Shown here in pieces: positions 49,796-57,998 of a stretch of DNA of 64,000 bases (positions are counted from its first letter, which is position 1; every line of letters starts with the position of its first letter). The position numbers and the translations under genes are program-made. The stretch covers positions 365,384 through 429,383 of the forward strand of contig OZ242017.1 in assembly GCA_965204835.1 (NCBI GenBank), given 5' to 3'. Source of the stretch: Dehalococcoidia bacterium (GTDB lineage: Bacteria; Chloroflexota; Dehalococcoidia; UBA2979). The notes beneath the pieces were generated by a model. It had not been told where the DNA came from and did not search any database. It was given only the letters and a program-made list of their open reading frames with translations.

Positions 49796-49938
49796 CGGCG
49801 CTCCACGCTGAGCAGCGCGACCATCTCGTCGCGCGTGTCGGGTGCGGCCACGTCGAGGGCGTGCAGCACGCCGAGCACGAGCCGCAGCGCGGCCGCTTCG
49901 TAGCGCTGCTCGCGGAGCGCGGCGTCCAGGGCGCTCAT
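49792..49938 (-). CDS. 48-aa hypothetical protein
   Basis: MSALDAALREQRYEAAALRLVLGVL...; ATGA and GTGA overlaps on both sides. Confidence 0.6.
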   Translation of the reverse strand: MSALDAALREQRYEAAALRLVLGVLHALDVAAPDTRDEMVALLSVERR

Positions 49939-50216
49939 CGCCCGGCCCCCATCGCGATCACCGCGCCGGTGGCGGCGTTGGCGAGCAGTAGCGGTGCGCG
50001 CAGCAGCGCGCCCGCCGCGCCCGGCTCGGAGAGCCCGACCGCCGCGAGGGCGTCGAGGCTGATGGCGGCGAACAGCGCCGTGAGCAGGAGCGCACCGAGC
50101 CGGCGCGCTCCTCCGGCGCGGAACGCGCGGTGCGCGAAGTAGGCGGCGTTCGCCGCGCCGGTGCCGGCGATGGCGGCATGCTCGGCGAACGTGACGGCGG
50201 ACCAGAATGGATGCAC
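49935..50216 (-). CDS. small multi-TM membrane protein
   Basis: GGAAGGGAAG RBS, GTG 50216; 93 aa with about three hydrophobic segments. Confidence 0.6.
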   Translation of the reverse strand: MHPFWSAVTFAEHAAIAGTGAANAAYFAHRAFRAGGARRLGALLLTALFAAISLDALAAVGLSEPGAAGALLRAPLLLANAATGAVIAMGAGR

Positions 50217-50259
50217 GGTCTTCCCTTCCCGGTGGCCGGGAGCGGGCCACGTGGGAAGG

Positions 50260-50289
50260 AGGGTAGAACACCCGTTCGTGCGCAGCCAA
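50260..50289 (-). promoter_or_regulatory. promoter overlapped by a LexA (SOS) box
   Basis: Minus strand TTGGCT (50289-50284), 18 nt, TACCCT (50265-50260; same -10 as the rpoB promoter). Perfect GAAC-N4-GTTC at 50266-50277. Confidence 0.7.
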
Positions 50290-50338
50290 GTCACAATCGG
50301 CATTTACAACAAACCCGATAAACGAGGATCGTCCGGAT

Positions 50339-50968
50339 CTAGAGGACGACCGCCGGAATGCTCACCCTGCGCGCGAGGTGCTCGCGCGTCTCCGTCGCCA
50401 GCGGGTGGATCTCGCGGCCCATCGCGCGGTCGCGCTGCTCGGTGAGGGTGAGGTAGGCGAGCGCCGCCGCCTCGAGCGAGTCGTCGGCGAGGTCGAGCAC
50501 CTGCTGGAGCGCGGGCCAGGCGGCGAGCTTCTTCTCCTCGACCTTGTCGGCGACGAACATCGACCACGCCTCGAGGCCGTAGTCGGGGTGGCCGGTGGTG
50601 TGGTAGCGGATCGCGTCGAGCACGCGCGGGTCCTGCACGTTGAAGCGCTCCTCGAGCTCGATGGCGGCGAGGGGGCCGTGCAGCAGCACCGGGCGCTCGC
50701 GCTCCAGCGGGAGCATCGGCAGGCCGCGTTCATCGGCCCGCCGCAGCCACTCCTGCTTCGAGAGGGCGCGCAGCAGGTCGTGCCCCTGGGCAGCGCGCAG
50801 CGCGGCCGCGAGGTCGGCGCCGTGGCGGCGCGCGAAGAGCTCGGTGAGCCCGACGACGCGCGCGATGTGCGCCATCATCTCGGTCGGCACCTCGGGCGCC
50901 ATGCGGCCGCGCAGCGCGAAGTGGTCGGGCTCCGGGCGGAAGCGCGGGCGGTCGTCGTTCGCTGGCAT
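50339..50968 (-). CDS. yqeK: YqeK-like HD-domain Ap4A hydrolase
   Basis: H..RV, GHDL, LLHGP, IRYHTTG, FVADKVE. Confidence 0.8.
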   Translation of the reverse strand: MPANDDRPRFRPEPDHFALRGRMAPEVPTEMMAHIARVVGLTELFARRHGADLAAALRAAQGHDLLRALSKQEWLRRADERGLPMLPLERERPVLLHGPLAAIELEERFNVQDPRVLDAIRYHTTGHPDYGLEAWSMFVADKVEEKKLAAWPALQQVLDLADDSLEAAALAYLTLTEQRDRAMGREIHPLATETREHLARRVSIPAVVL

Positions 50969-51076
50969 CGACGCCGATTGTACGGACGCGGCGGCCAGTC
51001 CGCCCACGCGAAGGCAGCGCCGGGTTCCGGCGCCGCCCGTGCGTTGGGCCGCGTGCCTGTGTGCGTCGCGTCGAGG

Positions 51077-52444
51077 CTACCGGCCGGCCTCGGCGGTGAC
51101 GGGGACGGGGGCCGCGCCGCGGCGCAGCGCGAGCGCCTCGAGCATGCGCCCGCGCTCCTCGGCCTCGACCTCGGGGGCGAAGCGCACGACGAGCACCAGG
51201 CTGGAGACCAGCACCACGAACCCGCCGAGGAACATGAACGCGTCCTGCGTCGTGATGCTCTCCGCGCGGAACAGGAAGCCCGCCGCGACCGCGCCCGCGT
51301 TGCCGCCCGCGCCGACGATCCCGGCCACCGAGCCGAGCGCCTTGCGGTTCACGAACGGCACGACCGAGAACGTCGCGCCCTCCGACATCTGCACGAAGAT
51401 GCTGAACACGATCATCGCGGGAATCGCGAGCAGCAGGACGTCCATCCGCGAGAACACGATGAGCGCGATGCCCTCGAGCAGCAGCACGATGCCGAGGAAC
51501 AGCACCCGCCCGCGCAGCCCGAAGCGCACGCCGGCGAAGTCGCCGAAGACGCCGCCGAGCGTCCGCGCGAAGAGGTTCATGAGCCCGAACAGCCCCGCGA
51601 TGAGTCCGGCCATGCCGACGCTCAGCCCGAAGTGGTCGTGGTAGTAGAGCGCGGCGACGTTGTTGATGGTCAGCTCGATGCCGAAGCACGCACCGTAGAT
51701 GACGAACAGCGCCCACACGCGCGGGTCGCGCGCCGCCTCCCAGAACGAGCCCTTCGCCGCCTCGGCGGAGTCGAGCGCGCCCTGCGCCCGCAGCTCGTCG
51801 AAGTTGCCGTCCGGGGCGTCCTGGGTGAAGCGGTGGTAGGCGAGGCCGGTGATGAGCAGCGCCACGCCGGGCACCACCATCGCGACGCGCCAGCCGACGG
51901 TCTCGCCGACGCCGAGCATCAGCACGCCCGCGAGCAGCAGCGGCATCACCATCTGCGTCACGCCGCCGCCGAGGTTCCCCCAGCCGGCCGTCGTCGCGTT
52001 GGCGGTGCCGACGACGTTCGGGGCGAACATCACCGAGGTGTGGTACTGCGTGATGACGAACGCCGCGCCGATGACGCCGATCGCGAGGCGGAAGAGCAGG
52101 AACGACTCGTAGTTCTGCGCCAGGCCGATGCCCATCACGGGCAGCGAGCCGATGATGAGCAGCCAGGTGTACGCGCGGCGCGGACCGATGCGGTCGCTCA
52201 GCCAGCCGATGACGAGCCTCGCGACGATGGTGATCGCGACCGACGCGATGATGGTGTTGCCGATCTGCGTCTGCGTCAGGTCCAGGTCGTCACGCACGAT
52301 GACCATCAGGGGCGCGATCCCGAACCAGCCGAAGAACGCGAGGAAGAACGCGAACCACGACATGTGGAACGCGCGCATCTGCACGGTCTTCAGTGAGAAC
52401 AGGGAAATGCTGGTCGCCTTGTTCTGGATCTGCGCCGAGTTCAC
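51077..52444 (-). CDS. NarK/NRT2 family nitrate/nitrite MFS transporter
   Basis: MRAFHMSWFAFF, GTANATTAGWGNLGGG, GAGGNAGA. Start GTG 52444 after GAGGAAGGAG. Confidence 0.93.
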   Translation of the reverse strand: MNSAQIQNKATSISLFSLKTVQMRAFHMSWFAFFLAFFGWFGIAPLMVIVRDDLDLTQTQIGNTIIASVAITIVARLVIGWLSDRIGPRRAYTWLLIIGSLPVMGIGLAQNYESFLLFRLAIGVIGAAFVITQYHTSVMFAPNVVGTANATTAGWGNLGGGVTQMVMPLLLAGVLMLGVGETVGWRVAMVVPGVALLITGLAYHRFTQDAPDGNFDELRAQGALDSAEAAKGSFWEAARDPRVWALFVIYGACFGIELTINNVAALYYHDHFGLSVGMAGLIAGLFGLMNLFARTLGGVFGDFAGVRFGLRGRVLFLGIVLLLEGIALIVFSRMDVLLLAIPAMIVFSIFVQMSEGATFSVVPFVNRKALGSVAGIVGAGGNAGAVAAGFLFRAESITTQDAFMFLGGFVVLVSSLVLVVRFAPEVEAEERGRMLEALALRRGAAPVPVTAEAGR

Positions 52445-52482
52445 AGCCGGGTCTCCTTCCTCGCCTCGTGCGGTCGAGTAGC

Positions 52483-52591
52483 AGGCTAGGGTCGGCGCGT
52501 TACCGCGCCGTGCCATCGGCGTGAACTTCGGGAGACGGGCCGGTTGCCGGGGCGTGACGGCGGGTTGTCGGCGACGTAAACGCGGTGTTTC
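52483..52591 (-). promoter_or_regulatory. array of GlnR-like boxes and -10 upstream of the nitrate transporter
   Basis: Pentamers at exact 11-bp period: GAAAC, TTTAC, GACAA, GTCAC, GCAAC, GTCTC, TTCAC, GGCAC, GTAAC, then 10 nt and TAGCCT. Confidence 0.7.
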
Positions 52592-52617
52592 GCGCGCTCC
52601 GACCGCGCTCTGCCCGC

Positions 52618-54780
52618 TCAGGCCGCGAGTGGCTCGACGCGGACCGCGGCGAACTTGAGCTCGGGCTGCTTCGAGCGCGCGTCGATGGCCTCGCTCGTGG
52701 CGTTGTTGGTGATGGCGTGGCGGTTGAAGAGCTCGCCCCAGTGGAAGGGCGCGAAGACCGCGCCGCTGCGGATCGCGTCGGTGACGCGCGCCCGCACCTC
52801 CAGGCTGCCTCGGCGCGAGGTGACGCGCACGAGCTGCTTGTCGCGGACGCCGAGGTACCCGGCGTCGTCGGGGTGGATCTCCAGGAAGGGGTCGCGCTCG
52901 CTGCGCATCAGCTTCGGCACCTTGCCGGTGCGGGTCATCGTGTGCCACTGGTCCTTGACCCGCCCGGTGAGCAGCGCGAGCGGGTACTCGTCGCTCAGGA
53001 TCTCCGCGGGCTTGCGGTAGCCCGGCGCGTGGAAGCGCGCCCGCCCGTCGGCCGTCGGGAACCGCCCCGCCTCGAACAGCCGCGGCGAGGACTCCACGCC
53101 GTTCCCGCCCCCCCCGTCGAGGGTCGCTCCCTCGGGAAACGGCCACTGGACGCCGGTGCCCGCCTCGCGCAGCACGTCGTAGCTGAGCCCGGTGATGTCG
53201 AGGTCGCGGCCGCGCGTCAGCTCGCGGTACTCGTCGAAGATCGCCTCGGTGTCCTCGTAGTCGAAGGCGTCACCGTGGCCGAGCGCGGCGGCGATGCGGC
53301 AGATGATCTGCCAGTCCGGCAGCGCCGAGCCGGGCGCCTCCCCGATCTGCTCGAGGAGGCAGATGCGCCGCTCGCTGTTGGTCATCGTGCCCGGCCGCTC
53401 GGACCACTGCGCCGCGGGCAGCAGCACGTCCGCGATGCGCCCCGTCTCGGTCGGGTAGTACGCGTCCTGCACCACGACCAGCTCGGCGCGTCGCAGCGCG
53501 GCGCGCACCCGCTCGGCGTTGGGCAGCGACGCGACGGGGTTGGTGGCGGCGATCCACACCACCTTCACCTCGTCGCGCTCGAGCGCCTCGACCATCTCGA
53601 TCGCGGTCAGGCCGGGGCGGTGGGAGATCGAGCCGGGATCGAGGCCCCACGCGCGCTCCACCTCGGCGCGGTGCCCGGCGTCGGCGACGAGGCGGTGGCC
53701 GGGCAGCGTTGTGGCGAGGCCGCCGCACTCGCGGCCGCCCATGGCGTTGGGCTGGCCGGTGAGCGAGAACGGCCCCGCGCCCGGCTTCCCGATGTTGCCC
53801 GTGGCCAGCGAGAGGTTGATCAGCGCGAGGTTCTTGTCGACCCCCGACGTGCTCTGGTTCGCGCCCATCGTCCACAGGCTGAGCATCGGCCCGTTCGTCG
53901 CGATGATGCGCGCCGCGTCGACGATCTCCTGCGCGTCGAGCCCCGTCACCGACGACGCCCGCTCGGCGGACCAGCCGTCGAGCGCCTGCTCGACCGCCGC
54001 CCACCCGCTCGTGTGCTCCTCGATGAACGCTGCGTCGAGGCCGCCCGCGAGGCGCACCTCGAAGAGCAGCGAGAGCAGCAACGCGACGTCGGTGCCGGGC
54101 AGCACCGGCAGGTGGATGTCGGCGATCTCGGCGGTGCGGGTGCGCCGCGGGTCGACGACGATGACCTTGACGCCGTCGCGGTCGGCGCGCTTCCGCGCCT
54201 TGATGCGGTCGAAGAGGATCGGGTGGCAGGCTTCGACGTTCGCGCCGAGGATCAGGAACGTGTTGGCCGCCTCGATGTCCTCGTAGGACGCGGGCGGCGA
54301 GTCCGCGCCGAAGGCGAGGTTGTAGGCCGCGACGGCGCTGGCCATGCACAGCCGCGAGTTCGTGTCCTGGTTGTTGGTGCCGATGAACCCCTTCGCGAGC
54401 TTCCCGAACAGGTAGTAGTCCTCCGTCGGCAGCTGGCCGGAGCCGTAGAGCATGACCGAGTCCGGCCCATGCTCGGCGACGTTGCGGCGGATCGCGTCGG
54501 CGACGCGGTCGATGGCCTCGTCCCAGCCGGTGACGCGGGTGTGCGCGCCCTTGCGGTCGCGGACCATCGGGGTGAGCAGGCGGTCGCCGGTGTCGAAGAC
54601 CTGGCCGAGCAGCGCGCCCTTGGCGCAGAGCTTGCCCTTGTTGACCGGGTGGTCGGGGTCGCCTCGCACTTCGAGCGCGACGCCGTCCTTCGCGCGTGCG
54701 AGCAGGCCGCAGCCGGTGCCGCAGTAGCAGCAGACCGAGCGTCGCCAGCCGTCACCCGCGAGCAGCGGCAGCCTTGCCAC
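52618..54780 (-). CDS. assimilatory nitrate reductase, molybdopterin (NarB/NasA type)
   Basis: CCYCGTGC, HPVNKGKLCAKG, DTNSRLCMASA, LTGQPNAMGGRE, WHTMTRT, SKQPELK. Confidence 0.95.
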   Translation of the reverse strand: MARLPLLAGDGWRRSVCCYCGTGCGLLARAKDGVALEVRGDPDHPVNKGKLCAKGALLGQVFDTGDRLLTPMVRDRKGAHTRVTGWDEAIDRVADAIRRNVAEHGPDSVMLYGSGQLPTEDYYLFGKLAKGFIGTNNQDTNSRLCMASAVAAYNLAFGADSPPASYEDIEAANTFLILGANVEACHPILFDRIKARKRADRDGVKVIVVDPRRTRTAEIADIHLPVLPGTDVALLLSLLFEVRLAGGLDAAFIEEHTSGWAAVEQALDGWSAERASSVTGLDAQEIVDAARIIATNGPMLSLWTMGANQSTSGVDKNLALINLSLATGNIGKPGAGPFSLTGQPNAMGGRECGGLATTLPGHRLVADAGHRAEVERAWGLDPGSISHRPGLTAIEMVEALERDEVKVVWIAATNPVASLPNAERVRAALRRAELVVVQDAYYPTETGRIADVLLPAAQWSERPGTMTNSERRICLLEQIGEAPGSALPDWQIICRIAAALGHGDAFDYEDTEAIFDEYRELTRGRDLDITGLSYDVLREAGTGVQWPFPEGATLDGGGGNGVESSPRLFEAGRFPTADGRARFHAPGYRKPAEILSDEYPLALLTGRVKDQWHTMTRTGKVPKLMRSERDPFLEIHPDDAGYLGVRDKQLVRVTSRRGSLEVRARVTDAIRSGAVFAPFHWGELFNRHAITNNATSEAIDARSKQPELKFAAVRVEPLAA

Positions 54781-54786
54781 GTCGCA

Positions 54787-56313
54787 TCACCCGACGGCGA
54801 CGAGGGCGCGCTCGCGCAGCGCCCCGGCCCCACGCAGCGACCGTAGCTGCGCCGCCACCGCCTCCGGCAGGTCCGGCGTCAGCACGCCCTCGGCGATGCG
54901 ATCGCCGAGCCGCGCGCTGTCACCGAGGCAGCCGCCGGCGAAGATGTCCGCCGCGTCCAGGATCTCGCCGTCGACGCGCTGGCGGTCGCCGAGCAGGCCG
55001 ATCTCGCCCGCGCGGTGCTGGCCGCAGGCGTGCGGGCAGCCCGACATCTGGATGCGCACCGGCTCGTCGATCTCGTAGCGCTCCTCGAGCGCGCCGGCGA
55101 GCTTCAGCGCCTCGGCCTTGGTGTCGATGAGGCTGAAGTGGCAGTAGTCGTTGCCCGTGCACGTCACCATCGAGCGCACCCACGGCGAGGGCTTCGGGCT
55201 GTACGTCTCCAGCAGCGGCTCGGCGAGCAGCGCGCCGAGGGACTCGTCGGGCACGTCGGGGATGAGCACGTTCTGCTGCACGGTGAGCCGCAGCTCGGCG
55301 CTGCCGTACTCGGCGGCCAGCCGCCCGAACTCGATCAGGTCGTCGCCGCTCACGCGCCCCACGGGCACGAGGCACCCGACCACGCTGCGCCCGGGCTGGC
55401 GCTGCGGCGAGATGCCGATGTGGTCGCCGCCGTGCCTGGTCGTCGCGGACTCGGCCGCGCGCTCCAGCGCGACGCCCATGCGCTCCTCGACGGCCGCGCG
55501 GAAGCGCTCGATGCCCCACTCGCCGAGCAGCACCTTGAGCCGCGCCTGCTTGCGCTGCTCGCGCGGCCCGTGGTCCCGGAACACCTCGAGGATCGCGAGC
55601 GCGACCGGCACGACGCCCTCGGCCTCCACGAACACGTCGAGGGGCCGTGCCAGCTCGGGCTGCTGCCCGCCGAGTGCGCCGCCGACGAGCACGTTGAAGC
55701 CGGCGACCTCGCGGCCGGCCTCGACGCGCGTCGCGGGCGCGAACGAGAGGTCGTGCGTCTGGGCGTGCGTGCAGTCCTCGCGGCATCCGGTGATGGAGAG
55801 GTTGAACTTGCGCGGCAGGTTGCTGAACCGCTTGCCGCCGATGATCGCCTGCTGGAGCCGCTCGCCGAGCGTGCGCGCGTCGATCAGCTCGTCGGCGTCG
55901 AGGCCCGCGAGGGGGCAGCCGACGACGTTGCGGACGTTGTCCATGCCGCTCTGCTGCGAGTTGAGCCCGGCGGCGGCTAGGCGCTGCAGGACCCACGGGG
56001 CGTCCTCGATGGTGATCCAGCGGAGCTGGATGTTCTGGCGTGTGGTGATGTCGGCCGTGCCGCGGCCGCAGCGGTTGGCGATCTCGCCGATGGCCGTGAT
56101 CTGCTCCGACGTGAGCACGCCGTTGGGGATGCGCATCCGCAGCATGAAGTAGCCCGGCGTCGCCTTGCGGTGGAAGAGGCCGTACCACTTGAGGCGCTCG
56201 AAGTCGTCGGCCGGGATGGCGTCGACGCCCTCGACGGCGTAGCGGTAGAGGTCGGGCAGGACGTCGAGGCCGTCCTTCGCGTCCTTGATCGCCTCGATGC
56301 GGTTGGGAGCCAT
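54787..56313 (-). CDS. nirA: ferredoxin--nitrite reductase
   Basis: LKWYGLF, ITTRQNIQ, NLPRKFN, TCTGNDYC, SGCPHACGQ. Confidence 0.93.
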   Translation of the reverse strand: MAPNRIEAIKDAKDGLDVLPDLYRYAVEGVDAIPADDFERLKWYGLFHRKATPGYFMLRMRIPNGVLTSEQITAIGEIANRCGRGTADITTRQNIQLRWITIEDAPWVLQRLAAAGLNSQQSGMDNVRNVVGCPLAGLDADELIDARTLGERLQQAIIGGKRFSNLPRKFNLSITGCREDCTHAQTHDLSFAPATRVEAGREVAGFNVLVGGALGGQQPELARPLDVFVEAEGVVPVALAILEVFRDHGPREQRKQARLKVLLGEWGIERFRAAVEERMGVALERAAESATTRHGGDHIGISPQRQPGRSVVGCLVPVGRVSGDDLIEFGRLAAEYGSAELRLTVQQNVLIPDVPDESLGALLAEPLLETYSPKPSPWVRSMVTCTGNDYCHFSLIDTKAEALKLAGALEERYEIDEPVRIQMSGCPHACGQHRAGEIGLLGDRQRVDGEILDAADIFAGGCLGDSARLGDRIAEGVLTPDLPEAVAAQLRSLRGAGALRERALVAVG

Positions 56314-56333
56314 GGGCGTCCTCCTCCGCGGTC

Positions 56334-56398
56334 AGGGTGGCGAGCGCGCGTTACGTCGCCGGGAAGCTCGCGTGAACGGCGCGTGAACACTCGTTTAC
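56334..56398 (-). promoter_or_regulatory. GlnR-like boxes and -10 upstream of nirA
   Basis: GTAAA, TTCAC, TTCAC, TTCCC, GTAAC at 11-bp period, then 10 nt and CACCCT. Confidence 0.65.
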
Positions 56399-56531
56399 CG
56401 GCGCGTTGCGAAATCCGTGGCGTTCGAGGGCTCAAACAGGGCGCACAGCACCGCGCCCTGGGCCACAATGGAAGCGGTGGGGCAGGGCCGGGCGGAGGTG
56501 CAGCCTCGGTCCACATACGGAGGGATCCGCC

Positions 56532-57317
56532 ATGACCATGCGCAGCCACGTGATCGACTACCGCATCCACGGCGACGACTTGCAGTTCGTCGAGGTCGAG
56601 CTCGACCCCGGCGAGACCGTCATCGGCGAGGCCGGCGCGATGATGTTCCTCGACGCGGGCGTGAAGTTCGAGACCAAGCTCGGCGACGGCAGTGACCCGG
56701 ATCAAGGGAAGCTCAGGAGCTTCTGGGGCGCGGCCAAGCGCGTCATGTCGCAGGAGTCGTTCTTCATCACGCACTTCACCAACGAGGGGCGCGGCAAGCA
56801 GACCGTGGCCTTTTCGGCTGAGTTCCCCGGCAAGATCGTCCCAATGGACCTCGGAGCGCTCGGCGGCGAGATCATCGCTCAGAAGGACGCGTTCCTCTGC
56901 GCGGCACTCGGCACCAAGCTCGACATCGCCTTCCAGCGGCCGATGGCCGGCCTCTTCGGCGGCGAGGGCTTCATCCTCCAGCGCCTCCAGGGCGACGGGC
57001 TGGCCTTCGTCTCGGTCGGCGGCACGGTGATCGAGAAGGATCTGCAGGGCGGGGCGATCTCCGTAGACACCGGCTGCATCGTCGCCTTTGAGCCCTCTGT
57101 CGATTACTCCATCGAGCGTGCCGACAACCTCAAGTCGATGATCTTCGGCGGCGAAGGCCTGTTCCTCGCGCGGCTGTCCGGTCACGGCAAGGTGTGGTTG
57201 CAGTCGTTGCCGTTCTCGCGCCTGGCGAACCGGATCATCGCGAACGCCCCGAGCGCGGGCGGCAGTTCCAGCGGCGAGGGCTCCATCCTCGGCGGCTTCG
57301 GGCTCGGCCAGCGCTAG
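56532..57317 (+). CDS. TIGR00266/AIM24 family protein
   Basis: GDDLQFVEVELDPGE...EAGAM, GLFGGEGFILQ, FGGEGLF, VWLQSLPFSR. Confidence 0.92.
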   Translation: MTMRSHVIDYRIHGDDLQFVEVELDPGETVIGEAGAMMFLDAGVKFETKLGDGSDPDQGKLRSFWGAAKRVMSQESFFITHFTNEGRGKQTVAFSAEFPGKIVPMDLGALGGEIIAQKDAFLCAALGTKLDIAFQRPMAGLFGGEGFILQRLQGDGLAFVSVGGTVIEKDLQGGAISVDTGCIVAFEPSVDYSIERADNLKSMIFGGEGLFLARLSGHGKVWLQSLPFSRLANRIIANAPSAGGSSSGEGSILGGFGLGQR

Positions 57318-57985
57318 CCGGGGCGCAGCACCTCGGCGCCCAGCGCCGCGAACGCGGCGATCGATGCCAGCCGCAGGTCAGGGGGAGGCGGTGACGCCTC
57401 CCCCGCGCGCGCGTAGCGCCCCTGCTCCACGAGCACCGTCGTCACCCGCTCGCCGAGCGCGGCCTTGATGGCGGCGTGGATCGCGGGGTTGTCGTCCACG
57501 ACGACGTAGTGGCCGGCGGGGTAGCGCACGCGGATGTCGTCCAGCTCGCGCTCCTTGTGGGCGTAGACGAGCACGCGGCCCTCGACGGCCGCGTCGACGC
57601 CCGTCGCGCGCGCCTTGTGACGCTGGAACCCCGAGTCGCCGTCCGTCACCAGCACCGGGAGCCCGAGGGTGCGCGCGTGTGCAAGCGCGTCGAGGGCGCC
57701 CGGGAACAGCAGCGCGGCGTAGTCCACGCCGTACACCGCCTGCGCCAGCGGCGGGAGCAGCGACGCGTCGCCGCGCTCGCGCCCGAGCCGCTTCATCGCC
57801 TCGCGCACGTCGACGTAGCCAAGAGCCTCGCGCACCTCCTCGTAGCACCCCCAGAAGCGCCCCGCGGTCGCTTCGCCGAGCGACGCGCGGATGCCGGCGT
57901 CGATCGCCGCACGCGCGCCGTCGGCGTCGAGGAGGGTGTTGTCGAGGTCGAACAGCAGGACCGTGGAGGCCTCGGAGGTCGACAC
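57314..57985 (-). CDS. HAD-like hydrolase
   Basis: FDLDNTLLD, TDGD..FQ..K, VVDD. Confidence 0.85.
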   Translation of the reverse strand: MSTSEASTVLLFDLDNTLLDADGARAAIDAGIRASLGEATAGRFWGCYEEVREALGYVDVREAMKRLGRERGDASLLPPLAQAVYGVDYAALLFPGALDALAHARTLGLPVLVTDGDSGFQRHKARATGVDAAVEGRVLVYAHKERELDDIRVRYPAGHYVVVDDNPAIHAAIKAALGERVTTVLVEQGRYARAGEASPPPPDLRLASIAAFAALGAEVLRPG

Positions 57986-57998
57986 GAGTCGCGGCGGG

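Noticed and set aside
46186-50289. Intact or recently inserted prophage
   Set aside because: Only about 4 kb, with no integrase, att sites, replication, capsid, tail or lysin genes and host genes on both sides. A decayed prophage cannot be excluded, but the intact coupling argues against it.
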